A stretch of DNA of 36,520 nt, taken from a virus. Its lineage: Duplodnaviria; Caudoviricetes. The translations under genes and the position numbers were made by a program. Under the pieces are notes generated by a model. It ran no database searches, was not told where the DNA came from, and worked only from the letters and a program-made list of their open reading frames with translations. The first letter of the stretch is position 1, and the number at the start of each line of letters is the position of its first letter. This document shows positions 26,004-35,268 of the stretch, piece after piece. The stretch lies in the IMG/VR virus record IMGVR_UViG_3300027690_000146, positions 1 through 36,520 of that record. One strand, 5' to 3'.

Positions 26004-28820
26004 ATGTCTCTGCCTTCATCGGTTTTAGAATTAGTCGAACGCTTCAGCCGAAATGTAGATGTTTATAAGCGCGATGACTACAAAGAAACAAGAGTACGAG
26101 TTGAATTTATCGATCCATTTTTTGAAGCCCTCGGATGGGATGTTCGCAATGTCAAAGGATGGGCTGAACAGTATAAGGATGTTGTGCATGAGGACGCCCT
26201 CAAAGTCAAAGGAACCACTCAGGCGCCGGATTATTGCTTTCGAATCGGCGGAACCCGCAAGTTTTTCGTGGAAGTGAAAAAACCTTCGGTCGTTATTCGC
26301 GATGATGTAGGCCCGGCCTACCAGCTTCGACGTTATGCGTGGAGCGCCAAACTACCGCTTAGTGTCCTCACAGATTTTGAGGAATTGGCCATTTACGATT
26401 GTCGCTTGAAACCCCAACCTTCAGATAGAGCGGGAGTGGGCAGAATACTCTACTTCACTTTCGACCAGTATTCTGAACGGTGGTCTGAAATCGAATCAAT
26501 TCTGGCCAAGCAAGCAGTGCTCAAGGGTTCATTTGATCAGTTTGTACAAGAAACAAAAGGCAAACGAGGCACTAGTGAGGTAGACGTTGAATTTTTAAAG
26601 GAGATTGAAGGCTGGCGTGATTCTCTGGCGCGAAATATCGCATTGCGAAACAAATCTCTCAATGTACATGAGTTGAATTTCGCTGTTCAAAGAACCATAG
26701 ACCGTATTATTTTCCTACGGATGTGCGAAGATCGGGGCATTGAAAAATATGGTCGCTTGCTGGCTCTTGTAAATAATCGAGAGATACATTCTCAGCTAAA
26801 AGATCTATATCATCAGGCGGATGAAAAATATAACGCCGGTCTTTTTGATCTTCAGTCTGATCCGTTGACAGCGATTCTTCAAGTGGATGACAGGATTCTG
26901 AAACCAATACTTTTTGGATTATATTATCCTCAGTGTCCTTATGAATTCTCAGTGTTGCCAACGGAGGTTCTCGGCCAGGTATATGAACAATTCCTTGGAA
27001 AAATCATTCGCTTAACTCCATCGCACCGGGCTGTTGTTGAAGAGAAATCCGAGGTCAAGAAAGCCGGTGGTGTTTATTACACTCCAGCTTATATCGTAGG
27101 TTACATCGTCAAAGAAACAGTAGGCCGATTGATCGAAGGCAACACTCCAAAACAAATTAACCGCCTCCATATCCTTGATCCTGCTTGTGGTTCGGGCTCC
27201 TTCTTGCTTGGTGCCTATCAATTTTTATTGAATTACCACATTGATTGGTATCTAAAGAATGATCCAGGAAAATATGCCAGAGGAAAACAACCCGCGATTT
27301 ACCAAGGACCTGGTGGTGACTGGCGACTCACAACTTCTGAAAAAAAACGTATCCTCCTCAACAATATTTTTGGTGTAGATATTGATCGCCAGGCCGTTGA
27401 AGTAACTAAACTGAGCCTACTTTTAAAGGTCTTGGAAGGAGAAACTGACGAAACACTCGGTCAACAGTTAAGGCTATGGCATGAGCCCGCGCTGCCCGAT
27501 TTGGAAGATAATATAAGATGCGGCAATTCTTTGATTAGTACAGATTTTTTTTCAGAGAGATTACTCCCGGACGAATCGGATCTTCGTCTCATTAATCCTT
27601 TCAATTGGACTTCTGAATTTCCTAGTATTATGGCAACAGGAGGATTTGATGCGGTCATAGGAAATCCGCCGTATGTTAGGCCTCATAATATTCCGCAAAC
27701 AACTAAAGAATACTTATGGAAGACCTATCTTGCTTTTGTGGCTAAATCAGATCTATATTCCTGTTTTATGGAAAAAGGATTGTCTTTAACCAAGCCTGGA
27801 GGTTATTTTAGCTTTATTGTCCCGCAGTCTTGGACTTCCCTGGAGAGTTTTTCAAATATCCGTGGCCATATTATCTCAAATTCACAGGTTCTCCAGCTTA
27901 CGCAGCTCCCCTCGAAAGTCTTTACGAATGCGACGGTTGAAACATGTATTTTCCTACTTAAGGCAATTGCCAATCCCCGGTATGATCATGAAATCACTGT
28001 GGAGAAACTAGACGAACAGGGCGAGACCTTCTTTGTAAGAAAATTATCTCAACAATCTATTAAAGATGCATATCTGAATAATTTTCAATTATATAGCCAA
28101 GAATCTAGTCAGAGTATATTAAAAAAAATGCAAAATCTTGGAAGGCCGCTAAGGGATTTCATTTCCTTTGTATATGGCTTTAAAACCGCCGACGATGCGA
28201 AGTTCATTCATTCTTCCCCGATTCACGAAGAAAGCAAGCCATTTATCAGAAGCGCATCCATTCAGAGATATTGGAATGCCCCTCCAGATGAATATGTCTG
28301 GTATGTGCCAGAGATAATGAAAGCAAACAAGTCAACTGCGCGACCTGGTGAAGAAGCTCGCTTTTTAGAAAAAAAAATATTAGTTGCCAGGATGGGCAAA
28401 TATCTCGTGGCGACTTATGATAGTGGGGGATTATTCGTTAAGGATGCCATGTTGTTACTATCGGACGACAAGAAGCACAATCTTCTTTATCTATTGGGTT
28501 TAATAAACTCTCAATTGCTTAATTTTTATTACCGGGAATATTTTATAACAATTGATGTATTGAAAAATGCCTTGTTGAGCCTGCCTATTCGCCCTATTGA
28601 CTTTGGCGATCCATCGGATTCCACTAGCTACACTACGATGATCTCCCTTGTTGAACGAATGTTGTCTTTGCATCGAAAACTAGAGTCCGCGTCCATATCT
28701 CATGAAAAATCTTTCTACAAGAGGCAAATAGAAAGCGTTGATGACCACATCGACTCGCTAGTTTATAAGTTGTATGATCTGAATGAAAATGAGATAAAAA
28801 TTGTGGAAGAGAACCAATGA
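26004..28820 (+). CDS. type IIG single-chain restriction endonuclease / N6-adenine methyltransferase
   Basis: N-terminal 'PDY...FFVEVKK' PD-(D/E)xK nuclease; 'GVYYTP', 'ILDPACGSGSFL' motif I, 'GNPPY' motif IV (gamma order); TaqI-C-like target recognition domain; ATG 26004 with SD GGAG. Confidence 0.9.
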   Translation: MSLPSSVLELVERFSRNVDVYKRDDYKETRVRVEFIDPFFEALGWDVRNVKGWAEQYKDVVHEDALKVKGTTQAPDYCFRIGGTRKFFVEVKKPSVVIRDDVGPAYQLRRYAWSAKLPLSVLTDFEELAIYDCRLKPQPSDRAGVGRILYFTFDQYSERWSEIESILAKQAVLKGSFDQFVQETKGKRGTSEVDVEFLKEIEGWRDSLARNIALRNKSLNVHELNFAVQRTIDRIIFLRMCEDRGIEKYGRLLALVNNREIHSQLKDLYHQADEKYNAGLFDLQSDPLTAILQVDDRILKPILFGLYYPQCPYEFSVLPTEVLGQVYEQFLGKIIRLTPSHRAVVEEKSEVKKAGGVYYTPAYIVGYIVKETVGRLIEGNTPKQINRLHILDPACGSGSFLLGAYQFLLNYHIDWYLKNDPGKYARGKQPAIYQGPGGDWRLTTSEKKRILLNNIFGVDIDRQAVEVTKLSLLLKVLEGETDETLGQQLRLWHEPALPDLEDNIRCGNSLISTDFFSERLLPDESDLRLINPFNWTSEFPSIMATGGFDAVIGNPPYVRPHNIPQTTKEYLWKTYLAFVAKSDLYSCFMEKGLSLTKPGGYFSFIVPQSWTSLESFSNIRGHIISNSQVLQLTQLPSKVFTNATVETCIFLLKAIANPRYDHEITVEKLDEQGETFFVRKLSQQSIKDAYLNNFQLYSQESSQSILKKMQNLGRPLRDFISFVYGFKTADDAKFIHSSPIHEESKPFIRSASIQRYWNAPPDEYVWYVPEIMKANKSTARPGEEARFLEKKILVARMGKYLVATYDSGGLFVKDAMLLLSDDKKHNLLYLLGLINSQLLNFYYREYFITIDVLKNALLSLPIRPIDFGDPSDSTSYTTMISLVERMLSLHRKLESASISHEKSFYKRQIESVDDHIDSLVYKLYDLNENEIKIVEENQ

Positions 28821-28844
28821 AGAATATAGTAGCCAAGAAGTAGA

Positions 28845-29081
28845 TCACATGTTTTCATAGAATATCATTTTGATCACTTGTCTTGGTATTTGATAGTTAC
28901 GCCCGATTCGCCTTGCGGGGATTATTCCGGATTCAATCCAACGACGTATAGTGGAAGGATTGATCCCTAGTTCTTCAGCAGCCTGAGTCGTTGATAGTGG
29001 TCTCCGCCAGAGTTCCCGTGGACTCACATTCTCCAGATCATCCCAGGTGACGATTGGCTCCCGGCTGAGAGTCATGATCAT
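28845..29081 (-). CDS. excisionase-like (HTH_17/MerR-type) DNA-binding protein
   Basis: 'LSTTQAAEELGINPSTIRRWIESGIIPARRIGRNYQIP'; SD GGAGG before ATG 29081. Confidence 0.85.
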   Translation of the reverse strand: MIMTLSREPIVTWDDLENVSPRELWRRPLSTTQAAEELGINPSTIRRWIESGIIPARRIGRNYQIPRQVIKMIFYENM

Positions 29082-29301
29082 GTTCCTCCGTATATGTAGT
29101 TTCAGCACTCGCTTGGTTTCTTAACACCTTTTGTAGTAGTGGATAGAGTAAATCGCGACGTAGCTTGGCTTCAAGAGCCATTTCACGCCGCCAGCAGTCG
29201 AGGCTGGCGGTCCAGCCCATCTGTCTGCCCAGCCAGAGGCCAAGGAGGAAGGGACAAGCCATAATCCCAAAGACCTTGAGCAATTCCAACCAGTCGTTCA
29301 T
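29038..29301 (-). CDS. hypothetical membrane protein
   Basis: 87 aa, ATGA-coupled to gemA, N-terminal hydrophobic segment. Confidence 0.55.
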   Translation of the reverse strand: MNDWLELLKVFGIMACPFLLGLWLGRQMGWTASLDCWRREMALEAKLRRDLLYPLLQKVLRNQASAETTYTEEHDHDSQPGANRHLG

Positions 29302-29759
29302 CGTAATACCTCACTGGCGACCTCCCCGGCCAGCCGGGCCTTCCGCATCCTCTCAAGCGCCGCCTTGATGGGGGTGACCTTGTCCGCCGGAATCCAGCGG
29401 ACATCCCCGATTCCAAAACGCGCCTGGAGGAAATTGCGGAAGGCCGCATCCGTTGGCGTCCGCGCCACATCCCGCCAGATAGCCTCCAGCATGCGGAGCT
29501 GACGGGGCGCCGCCATCTCCCCCGGCCGGCGGCCCAGGTCATCATATTTCCGGCGGGGCGCGGCCTGGGGCCGGGTGGAGTATCTGGGCTTGAAGCCCTT
29601 CTCCTCCAGGTAGCGGAGCACCAGGGCCAGCTCCCGCTCCTCCATCTCCGCGGTGGAGCGCTTGCGGGTCAAATCCCAGAGAATGTCCCGGTAAAGGTCA
29701 TCATCCAGGCCCAGCTCCTTCTTGCCGATATGGATCAGGGCTTTATAATTCCTGGACAT
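29298..29759 (-). CDS. gemA: GemA / Mu gp16 (DUF1018) regulatory protein
   Basis: 'LIHIGKKELGLDDDLYRDIL..LT.KRS..EM...EL..VL..L...GF' and 'QLRMLEAIW'. Confidence 0.9.
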   Translation of the reverse strand: MSRNYKALIHIGKKELGLDDDLYRDILWDLTRKRSTAEMEERELALVLRYLEEKGFKPRYSTRPQAAPRRKYDDLGRRPGEMAAPRQLRMLEAIWRDVARTPTDAAFRNFLQARFGIGDVRWIPADKVTPIKAALERMRKARLAGEVASEVLR

Positions 29760-30027
29760 TTGCCACCGCCTCCTGGCCGATTTGATAGGCAAACTTCCGG
29801 TCTCCCACCTGGCGGCAGGTGACGGGGATGCCGTTGGCCCGCAATTCCGCCACCGCGGAATTGACGGCGCAAACCCGCGCCGTCATCACAATCTCCCAGG
29901 TGGTGTGTTCCTGGCCGTCAGAAAGAACCCGGAGCACCCGCTGAAGGCGGGGGCTGTTTTGCAATCGGGCAGTATGGATTTTTCCCACCGTGTCCTCCAA
30001 TGATATGGATGGCCGGCGCCGCGTCAT
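29743..30027 (-). CDS. winged-helix DNA-binding protein
   Basis: 'SPRLQRVLRVLSDGQEHTTWEIV..A.VCAVNSAVAELRANG..VTC'; frame is open further upstream so start is uncertain. Confidence 0.7.
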   Translation of the reverse strand: MTRRRPSISLEDTVGKIHTARLQNSPRLQRVLRVLSDGQEHTTWEIVMTARVCAVNSAVAELRANGIPVTCRQVGDRKFAYQIGQEAVANVQEL

Positions 30028-30200
30028 TCCGCGGTCACCAGGGCCGTCACCCTGGACAGGTCCCCGCCGGCCATAAAGGTCACAAGAAAACGGCGGAGGC
30101 ACCGGGGTCATCGGCCGCTGATTTTTCGGGAAAAGCCAGTCCTGAAATCCCATCATAGCAGCTCTCCCGGCCTCCGCCGTCAAGATTGGTTGTATTCCAC

Positions 30201-30285
30201 AATGGCTCAGCATCATCAGCCCGCGGTCGCCACTCCGCGGAGACCGGCCGCCGGCGGTGCCGTCCCGCCTTTGGCCGGTTTCGCC
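30201..30285 (-). ncRNA. type II hammerhead ribozyme with loop I / 3'-tail pseudoknot
   Basis: GGC-GAAA-CCGGCC...GGCCGG-UC-UCCGCGG-AGUGGCGA-CCGCGGG-CUGAUGA-U-GCU-GA-GCCAUU; all core nucleotides, GUC cleavage triplet, three stems, AGUGGC/GCCAUU pseudoknot. Confidence 0.88.
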
Positions 30286-30288
30286 TTT

Positions 30289-30816
30289 TTATGGTTTGGA
30301 GGACCAACTTGGCGTCTGCTTCACAATCTCCTCTCTCTTTACCTCAAAGAAGAAATCCTCACTGATTTCCCTGGTGGCGTCCACCTGGGCCAGGACGTCA
30401 TCCGGCAAATCCCTCATGGCTTCCTTGTTCACGCTCTCCACCAGCCGAATAAATGGCAACAGGTCCAGCTTTTTGAGGAGGGCCAGGGTGGTTTTCTTGA
30501 TCCTGATCTTGGTGGATTTGCGGAAGCCCAGGACACCAAAATTCAGCTCCAGGGATTTGCGGCCCTTGGGCAGGATTTCCTCCCGGTGGGCCTTGCCGAA
30601 AGCCTCCAGCGCCAGCTCCAGCTCTTTCATTCGCGCCTTCTTGGGGGCGATTTGTTCCGCCGCAAAAACCTTCACCTTGTCGATTTCAATTTCCGCTTCC
30701 GCCTGGATGGCCTCCGCCTCCAGGTTCAGAATGCCCATCTCCAGGAGGGCCTCATCCGCCGCGGCCAGGTCCGGGAGGGTTATGATGTTGTCAGGTTTCT
30801 TTCTGAGCTTCCCCAT
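30289..30816 (-). CDS. gam: Gam-like host-nuclease inhibitor (DNA end protection)
   Basis: 175 aa coiled coil then 'KSLELNFGVLGFRKS' and 'IRLVESVNKEAM...EDFFFE'. Confidence 0.9.
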   Translation of the reverse strand: MGKLRKKPDNIITLPDLAAADEALLEMGILNLEAEAIQAEAEIEIDKVKVFAAEQIAPKKARMKELELALEAFGKAHREEILPKGRKSLELNFGVLGFRKSTKIRIKKTTLALLKKLDLLPFIRLVESVNKEAMRDLPDDVLAQVDATREISEDFFFEVKREEIVKQTPSWSSKP

Positions 30817-30829
30817 TGTATCCTCCCCG

Positions 30830-31078
30830 TTATTGCGCCAGGTCCAGCATCTGGACGCGCTTGCGGAGCTGGTGCAATTCCCGCTCCATCATGTCCAGCC
30901 CCAGCAGAATCCGCCACTGATCCTCTCCGGAGCGAACCATCTCCTCCAGGGAGGAGGTCCGGGAGAGCAAATCATCAATTTGTGAATCCATCATTTTTTT
31001 CTGGCTGTCCAGGAAACCGGAGCGATTCACCACCGCCGCGGCCGCAAGGACAGACGAAGTAGGCATCCCTTTAGGCAT
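30830..31078 (-). CDS. hypothetical protein
   Basis: 82 aa with SD GGAGG in early operon. Confidence 0.6.
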   Translation of the reverse strand: MPKGMPTSSVLAAAAVVNRSGFLDSQKKMMDSQIDDLLSRTSSLEEMVRSGEDQWRILLGLDMMERELHQLRKRVQMLDLAQ

Positions 31079-31093
31079 TGTTTTCCTCCATAA

Positions 31094-31303
31094 TTACGGT
31101 TTAATCTCGTGATACATACCAACATCCAGGCGGACCAGGCCGGCCCGTCGGAGATTGTCCAGGGCCTCCTCTGCTTCCGCCTGGGTGATATTCGGGTTTC
31201 CTTTGCGAATCCGTCTGATGAGGGACTCCTTGTCCGCCGGCAGGAAACACAGAATCAATTTCTCCAATAACGTGATTTTTCCCAGGAGCACATTCATGGC
31301 CAC
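31094..31303 (-). CDS. small winged-helix-like protein
   Basis: 'ITQAEAEEALDNLRRAGLV'; SD GGAGG (ATG 31297 possible). Confidence 0.55.
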   Translation of the reverse strand: MAMNVLLGKITLLEKLILCFLPADKESLIRRIRKGNPNITQAEAEEALDNLRRAGLVRLDVGMYHEIKP

Positions 31304-31308
31304 CTCCC

Positions 31309-31632
31309 TCAGATGGACCGATTGTCACAGGTGGGACACGTCAAATAGAGCCGGAGCCGCTCAGGATTGCCGGTGGCCAGCTTTCCATAGCGTTTGGCCG
31401 CCCGGCAATGCTGGCGGCACTCCACCACCGGGATTTCACCCAGAATCGGGCAAGCAACAGATGTATTGGCGCCGTAGGTCCTCATGACCTTTTCCTCAAT
31501 CCGCTGGGTGGAGGCGCCATATTTGCCATTGATGACCAGGGAGATGGTGGTTTTGCTGACGGCCAGCTCATCCGCCACTATGCCCAGGCCCCGCTTTCCC
31601 ACTTCCGCCTTCAGCATCTCCAGCCACATCAT
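31309..31632 (-). CDS. XRE-type HTH protein with Cys-rich C-terminus
   Basis: 'VADELAVSKTTISLVINGKY', 'V.CPILGEI...C...C', 'CPTC'; typical of Mu-like early regions. Confidence 0.8.
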   Translation of the reverse strand: MMWLEMLKAEVGKRGLGIVADELAVSKTTISLVINGKYGASTQRIEEKVMRTYGANTSVACPILGEIPVVECRQHCRAAKRYGKLATGNPERLRLYLTCPTCDNRSI

Positions 31633-32045
31633 TCATCACCCCCCTCGGTGGTCCGGTTCTCTGCCAGGCGCCGGGCCTTGTGATGCTGGCGCCGGAGCTG
31701 GTCCACCACCTTCTCCGGGTCCCCCAGGTGATATTGATCCGTATTGGGATCATAGACCAGGTCCACGGTTTTGGCCACCGGGTGGAGCGGGCCAGTGTCC
31801 TTCACCAGCCGGAAAAAGACGGTCCGGCCGCGATTGCCCACCGGCACCACCCGCGCCCGCCGGATGTAACCCGTCCGGGCCAGGCTGGCGATATAATCAC
31901 GGGCATTCTTGATGCCGGCTTCAGCGGTCTCCGCAATGTCCGCCGCGGTGAATTCCCCCGGCCATTTTCTGATGACTGTCCACATCCGCTCCCGGTCACT
32001 GTTGACGGCCACCCGGTTTGAATTCATCATTACTTGATGGTCCAT
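31629..32045 (-). CDS. winged-helix protein downstream of MuB-like gene
   Basis: 'RERMW.VIR...FTAADI', 'YIASLARTGYI', 'RLVKDTGP..P...VYDPN'. Confidence 0.75.
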   Translation of the reverse strand: MDHQVMMNSNRVAVNSDRERMWTVIRKWPGEFTAADIAETAEAGIKNARDYIASLARTGYIRRARVVPVGNRGRTVFFRLVKDTGPLHPVAKTVDLVYDPNTDQYHLGDPEKVVDQLRRQHHKARRLAENRTTEGGDE

Positions 32046-32725
32046 TCCCTCACCTCCGCCATGGTCACCTTATCCTGGCCGTTGGTCCGGGCCAGGCGTT
32101 CCAGCCGTTTCAGCAGGACAATGGATTTGCGGAAATTGCCGTCCGTCTGATTCCGCACCCAGCCAATCACATCGCCTTCCAGGGCCACGGAAATGATGTC
32201 TGTGGCGGCTAGGCGGATGTCCTTCTCCGCCAGGTTCTGGAATTCCAGGACGTGGAGAAAGCGGTCACTCAGGGCGGCAAAACGGTCCAGCTTCCGGCGG
32301 ACCTGATCCATGCCCACCAGGATGATGGGGGCGCTGGTGATGTCATGCACATCCCGGATGGTCTCCAGGACATCGGGGGAAATCAGGTCCGTCTCATCAA
32401 TGATGATGAGGCGTGGTTCGGCAGTGAGCGCCGCGGTAACTTCCCGGTACATATCCCGGAAGGCGCGGGCCGGGGCAAGCATCAGCTCCACACACATCTC
32501 CTCCATGAGCCAGGTGGGAGTCCACTTTCGTTTGGCCCGGAGATAGACACTTTTATTGCTGGTCCGGGCCGCATACCACAGGGCGGTCCGGGTTTTCCCC
32601 AGGCCCCGCTTGCCGTACACCAGGCCCATCCCCGGCACACCGGCGGTGACCTCCATCAGCTCCCTGGCAATTCCGGCAAAGTTTTGGACGTTTTGGGTTT
32701 TGATAAAAACAGAATTCAGCGCCAT
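32030..32725 (-). CDS. MuB-like AAA+ transposition ATPase
   Basis: Walker A GKRGLGKT, Walker B IIIDE, 'PIILVGM'; follows transposase. Confidence 0.92.
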   Translation of the reverse strand: MALNSVFIKTQNVQNFAGIARELMEVTAGVPGMGLVYGKRGLGKTRTALWYAARTSNKSVYLRAKRKWTPTWLMEEMCVELMLAPARAFRDMYREVTAALTAEPRLIIIDETDLISPDVLETIRDVHDITSAPIILVGMDQVRRKLDRFAALSDRFLHVLEFQNLAEKDIRLAATDIISVALEGDVIGWVRNQTDGNFRKSIVLLKRLERLARTNGQDKVTMAEVREWTIK

Positions 32726-32741
32726 GTAGACCTCCTATAAT

Positions 32742-34880
32742 TTAGAATTGCGCGTTGCAAACATCCACATAGTCAGGAAATTCCGCCTTGAACCAGGAGA
32801 GCCACTCCCGCTCCTCCCGGCTCAGCCCCTGGCGGCTGGCCTTATCGGCCAGGTGGTCAGCCCTTGTATAGGGATTGGTGAAAACTGGCTCCTCCGCTGG
32901 GGAGGGTGTCCGGTTGAATTCTACGATTTTGCCGGCGGCCGGCGGCTCCGGGAGGGTGGCCGCCAGGGCCACCATCTCCGGCTGGCGCCGGGCGGGCTGG
33001 TCGAAATGGGCCTCCACCGCTGGGAGGTCCACCCCTTCCAGTTGCCACGGATTGTCTCCCTGATCCAGCTCCGGCACCATCAACCGGTCCAGGAAGCCCA
33101 GGCCGGCATCCAGCTCCGCCTTGAGCGCCCGGCGGACCTCCGCCTCCTGGCGCCGCTGGAGCCGGATTTTCCGTTTGACGGATTCATAATCCGCGCCTTT
33201 GGCCAGGGGGTGCTCCGCGGCATCATGCCGGGCCATGGCAATGAATTGGTCATCCAGGGTGAACACAAACATGGCCCGGAGATTGGTGAGGGAGTATCTG
33301 ATTTTGACCAGGCCGGACAGGTGGAGCAGCTCCTCTGCAAAATAACGGATTCCGAATTTGGAGAACATGCAATTACTGATTCGGGCCGTGTCCTCCAGCA
33401 GCATGGCGGCCGCCAGGTGGGCCGGATTCACGCCCGGCCCGCGGCCGGCGGAGAACAGGGCCGCCGGGGTGGCGCCGTCCAGGCCGCGGTGGGACCGGCT
33501 GGCGTATTGCATGAAATAGCGGGCCAGTACATCATTGGCCTCCTCCACCGTCAGGATGGTCTCCCCCGGATAGAGTGCCCGGAGCTGATCCTCATTCCGC
33601 TTCATGAGCCAGGGCTTGTCCATGATATTCCGGCCGGTATAGCCGGCCATCATCCGCTCTGCCTGATTCAGGGTGCCGAAAAAACGCTCCACGGATTTGG
33701 CCCTGGCGTTATAGGGCCAGGCAAAATGGGCCTCAATTCCCAGACGGGCATAGAGGCCCTGGATGCCGGCCTGGGTCAGGTCCGCATCCCGGAGGCCGCC
33801 GGTGAATGCTTTGGCTTTAAAAGCCTTCCCGTTGTCTAAGATGACCGCTTTGGGGATTTTGCCGAGTGTAAGAATGCTATTGTAGAGGGCGGAGTGGATG
33901 CACTGGATGTTTTCCTGGGGCATGATTTCCCAGCCCAGGGGCATCCGGCTTCTCATATCGTAGAAAAGCACCATGGTCATCCGGGCGGGCTTGCCGGTGT
34001 ATGGATTGATAATTTGGAAATTAAGCCGGTGACCATCCGCCACGAGAATCTCCCCCACTTCTAGGGCAGATGAATCACGGCTGATGAAGTAGGCATTTTT
34101 ATCACGGAAAGCCTTGCCACCATCCCTGGCCATGGTCCAGACGGCGGCATTGCGGTCCCGATAGGATTGGCACCAGCGGACATATGTGCGGATGGACGGA
34201 TGAGGCCGCCCCTCCCGCTCCATGGCCTCCGCCACCTGGCGGGCCGCCTCCGTGAGGGTGGGCCGGTTGGGGTGGAGGAGGATGGCCTTGAGCATATTTT
34301 TCTCATCATGGCTGAGGCTCAGGTGCCCTTTGTTATGGGGCCGCCGGTATCCACAGATGGCCGGCCATCCGCCGGCCTGGTATTGCGCGGCCCAGGTGTA
34401 GAGGGTTTTGATAGACCGCACCCGGCCGGCTTTGGCCCGGATCAGGCGGAGGACGTTGCCGGCATTGTAGTCAGCCAGCCAGCGCTCCAGATGATCCATC
34501 ACCTGGACACCCGGCCGCCGGCGGGCATAGTCCTTCTCCATCAAAAATGCCTCCACCAGGTCCGCCCTGGCCAGGCCAATCTGGCGATATTTCCGCGGGA
34601 TTTCCGTCTCCGCTGGTGGAGGCGGGGGCGTTTTTTCTTCGATAAATTGGGGCGCGGGGAGGGTGGCGGGTGACGTGGAGGAGGGCAAGGTGTAGGTGGT
34701 TGAGTCCTTCAGGACTGATTCCCGGACATCCGTTGGCAGGTGGGCCGCGCTATATAAGCGCGTTTTGCCGCCGCGCCCCGTGGTTATCTCATAGGGCCAA
34801 TTTTCCGTGTTGGCCCTTTTCACCACCGCCCGCTTGCTCAGGCCGGTGGCCATGGCAATATCAGAGGCGGACATTCTCAT
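32742..34880 (-). CDS. MuA-like DDE transposase
   Basis: N-terminal Mu-type DNA-binding domain ('RA..ENW....GRGG...Y...LP'); catalytic 'VADGH', 'LDNGKAF', 'KSVERFF'. Confidence 0.93.
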   Translation of the reverse strand: MRMSASDIAMATGLSKRAVVKRANTENWPYEITTGRGGKTRLYSAAHLPTDVRESVLKDSTTYTLPSSTSPATLPAPQFIEEKTPPPPPAETEIPRKYRQIGLARADLVEAFLMEKDYARRRPGVQVMDHLERWLADYNAGNVLRLIRAKAGRVRSIKTLYTWAAQYQAGGWPAICGYRRPHNKGHLSLSHDEKNMLKAILLHPNRPTLTEAARQVAEAMEREGRPHPSIRTYVRWCQSYRDRNAAVWTMARDGGKAFRDKNAYFISRDSSALEVGEILVADGHRLNFQIINPYTGKPARMTMVLFYDMRSRMPLGWEIMPQENIQCIHSALYNSILTLGKIPKAVILDNGKAFKAKAFTGGLRDADLTQAGIQGLYARLGIEAHFAWPYNARAKSVERFFGTLNQAERMMAGYTGRNIMDKPWLMKRNEDQLRALYPGETILTVEEANDVLARYFMQYASRSHRGLDGATPAALFSAGRGPGVNPAHLAAAMLLEDTARISNCMFSKFGIRYFAEELLHLSGLVKIRYSLTNLRAMFVFTLDDQFIAMARHDAAEHPLAKGADYESVKRKIRLQRRQEAEVRRALKAELDAGLGFLDRLMVPELDQGDNPWQLEGVDLPAVEAHFDQPARRQPEMVALAATLPEPPAAGKIVEFNRTPSPAEEPVFTNPYTRADHLADKASRQGLSREEREWLSWFKAEFPDYVDVCNAQF

Positions 34881-35251
34881 GAGTCCACCTCCTCAAATAG
34901 AGGGAGCTGGCCGGTTTGAAATTTCCGCTTCAGGCGGGCGTTCCGCCGCTTCAGCTCCGCAATGGAGTTTTCATTTTTCAGGATTTCAAATAATAGCTGA
35001 TCCTTCTCGGAAATGGCCACCAGGCTCATCTCTTTCAGGAGAGCCTCAATCAATTTGTTATTGCCCACCGCCCGACAGAAGGCCGGGGTGAACTCCAGCG
35101 GGAAGCGGTGGAGCCTTTTGCTTTCCGCGGTCCAGGCGTTAAGCATGGCCACGGTGACCTCCTGGCCGGAGGCGTCACTCATCCGCTCCGCTATTTGCTC
35201 TCGGCTGAGGCGGGACTGACTGATGATTCCTGATAGAATGACTGGAAGCAT
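34877..35251 (-). CDS. phage regulatory protein, CII-like
   Basis: 'LSREQIAERMS...VT.AMLNAWTAESK..HRFPLEF..AFC.A.G'. Confidence 0.75.
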   Translation of the reverse strand: MLPVILSGIISQSRLSREQIAERMSDASGQEVTVAMLNAWTAESKRLHRFPLEFTPAFCRAVGNNKLIEALLKEMSLVAISEKDQLLFEILKNENSIAELKRRNARLKRKFQTGQLPLFEEVDS

Positions 35252-35268
35252 GCCCCTTCTCCTGTTGC

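Noticed and set aside
26004-28820. BREX PglX or DISARM methyltransferase
   Set aside because: No other brx or drm genes nearby, and an N-terminal nuclease domain is present, fitting stand-alone type IIG
30024-30156. Possible frameshifted small gene between the ribozyme and the winged-helix gene
   Set aside because: An alternative frame ends in an ATGA overlap, but without homologs it cannot be distinguished from an N-terminal extension
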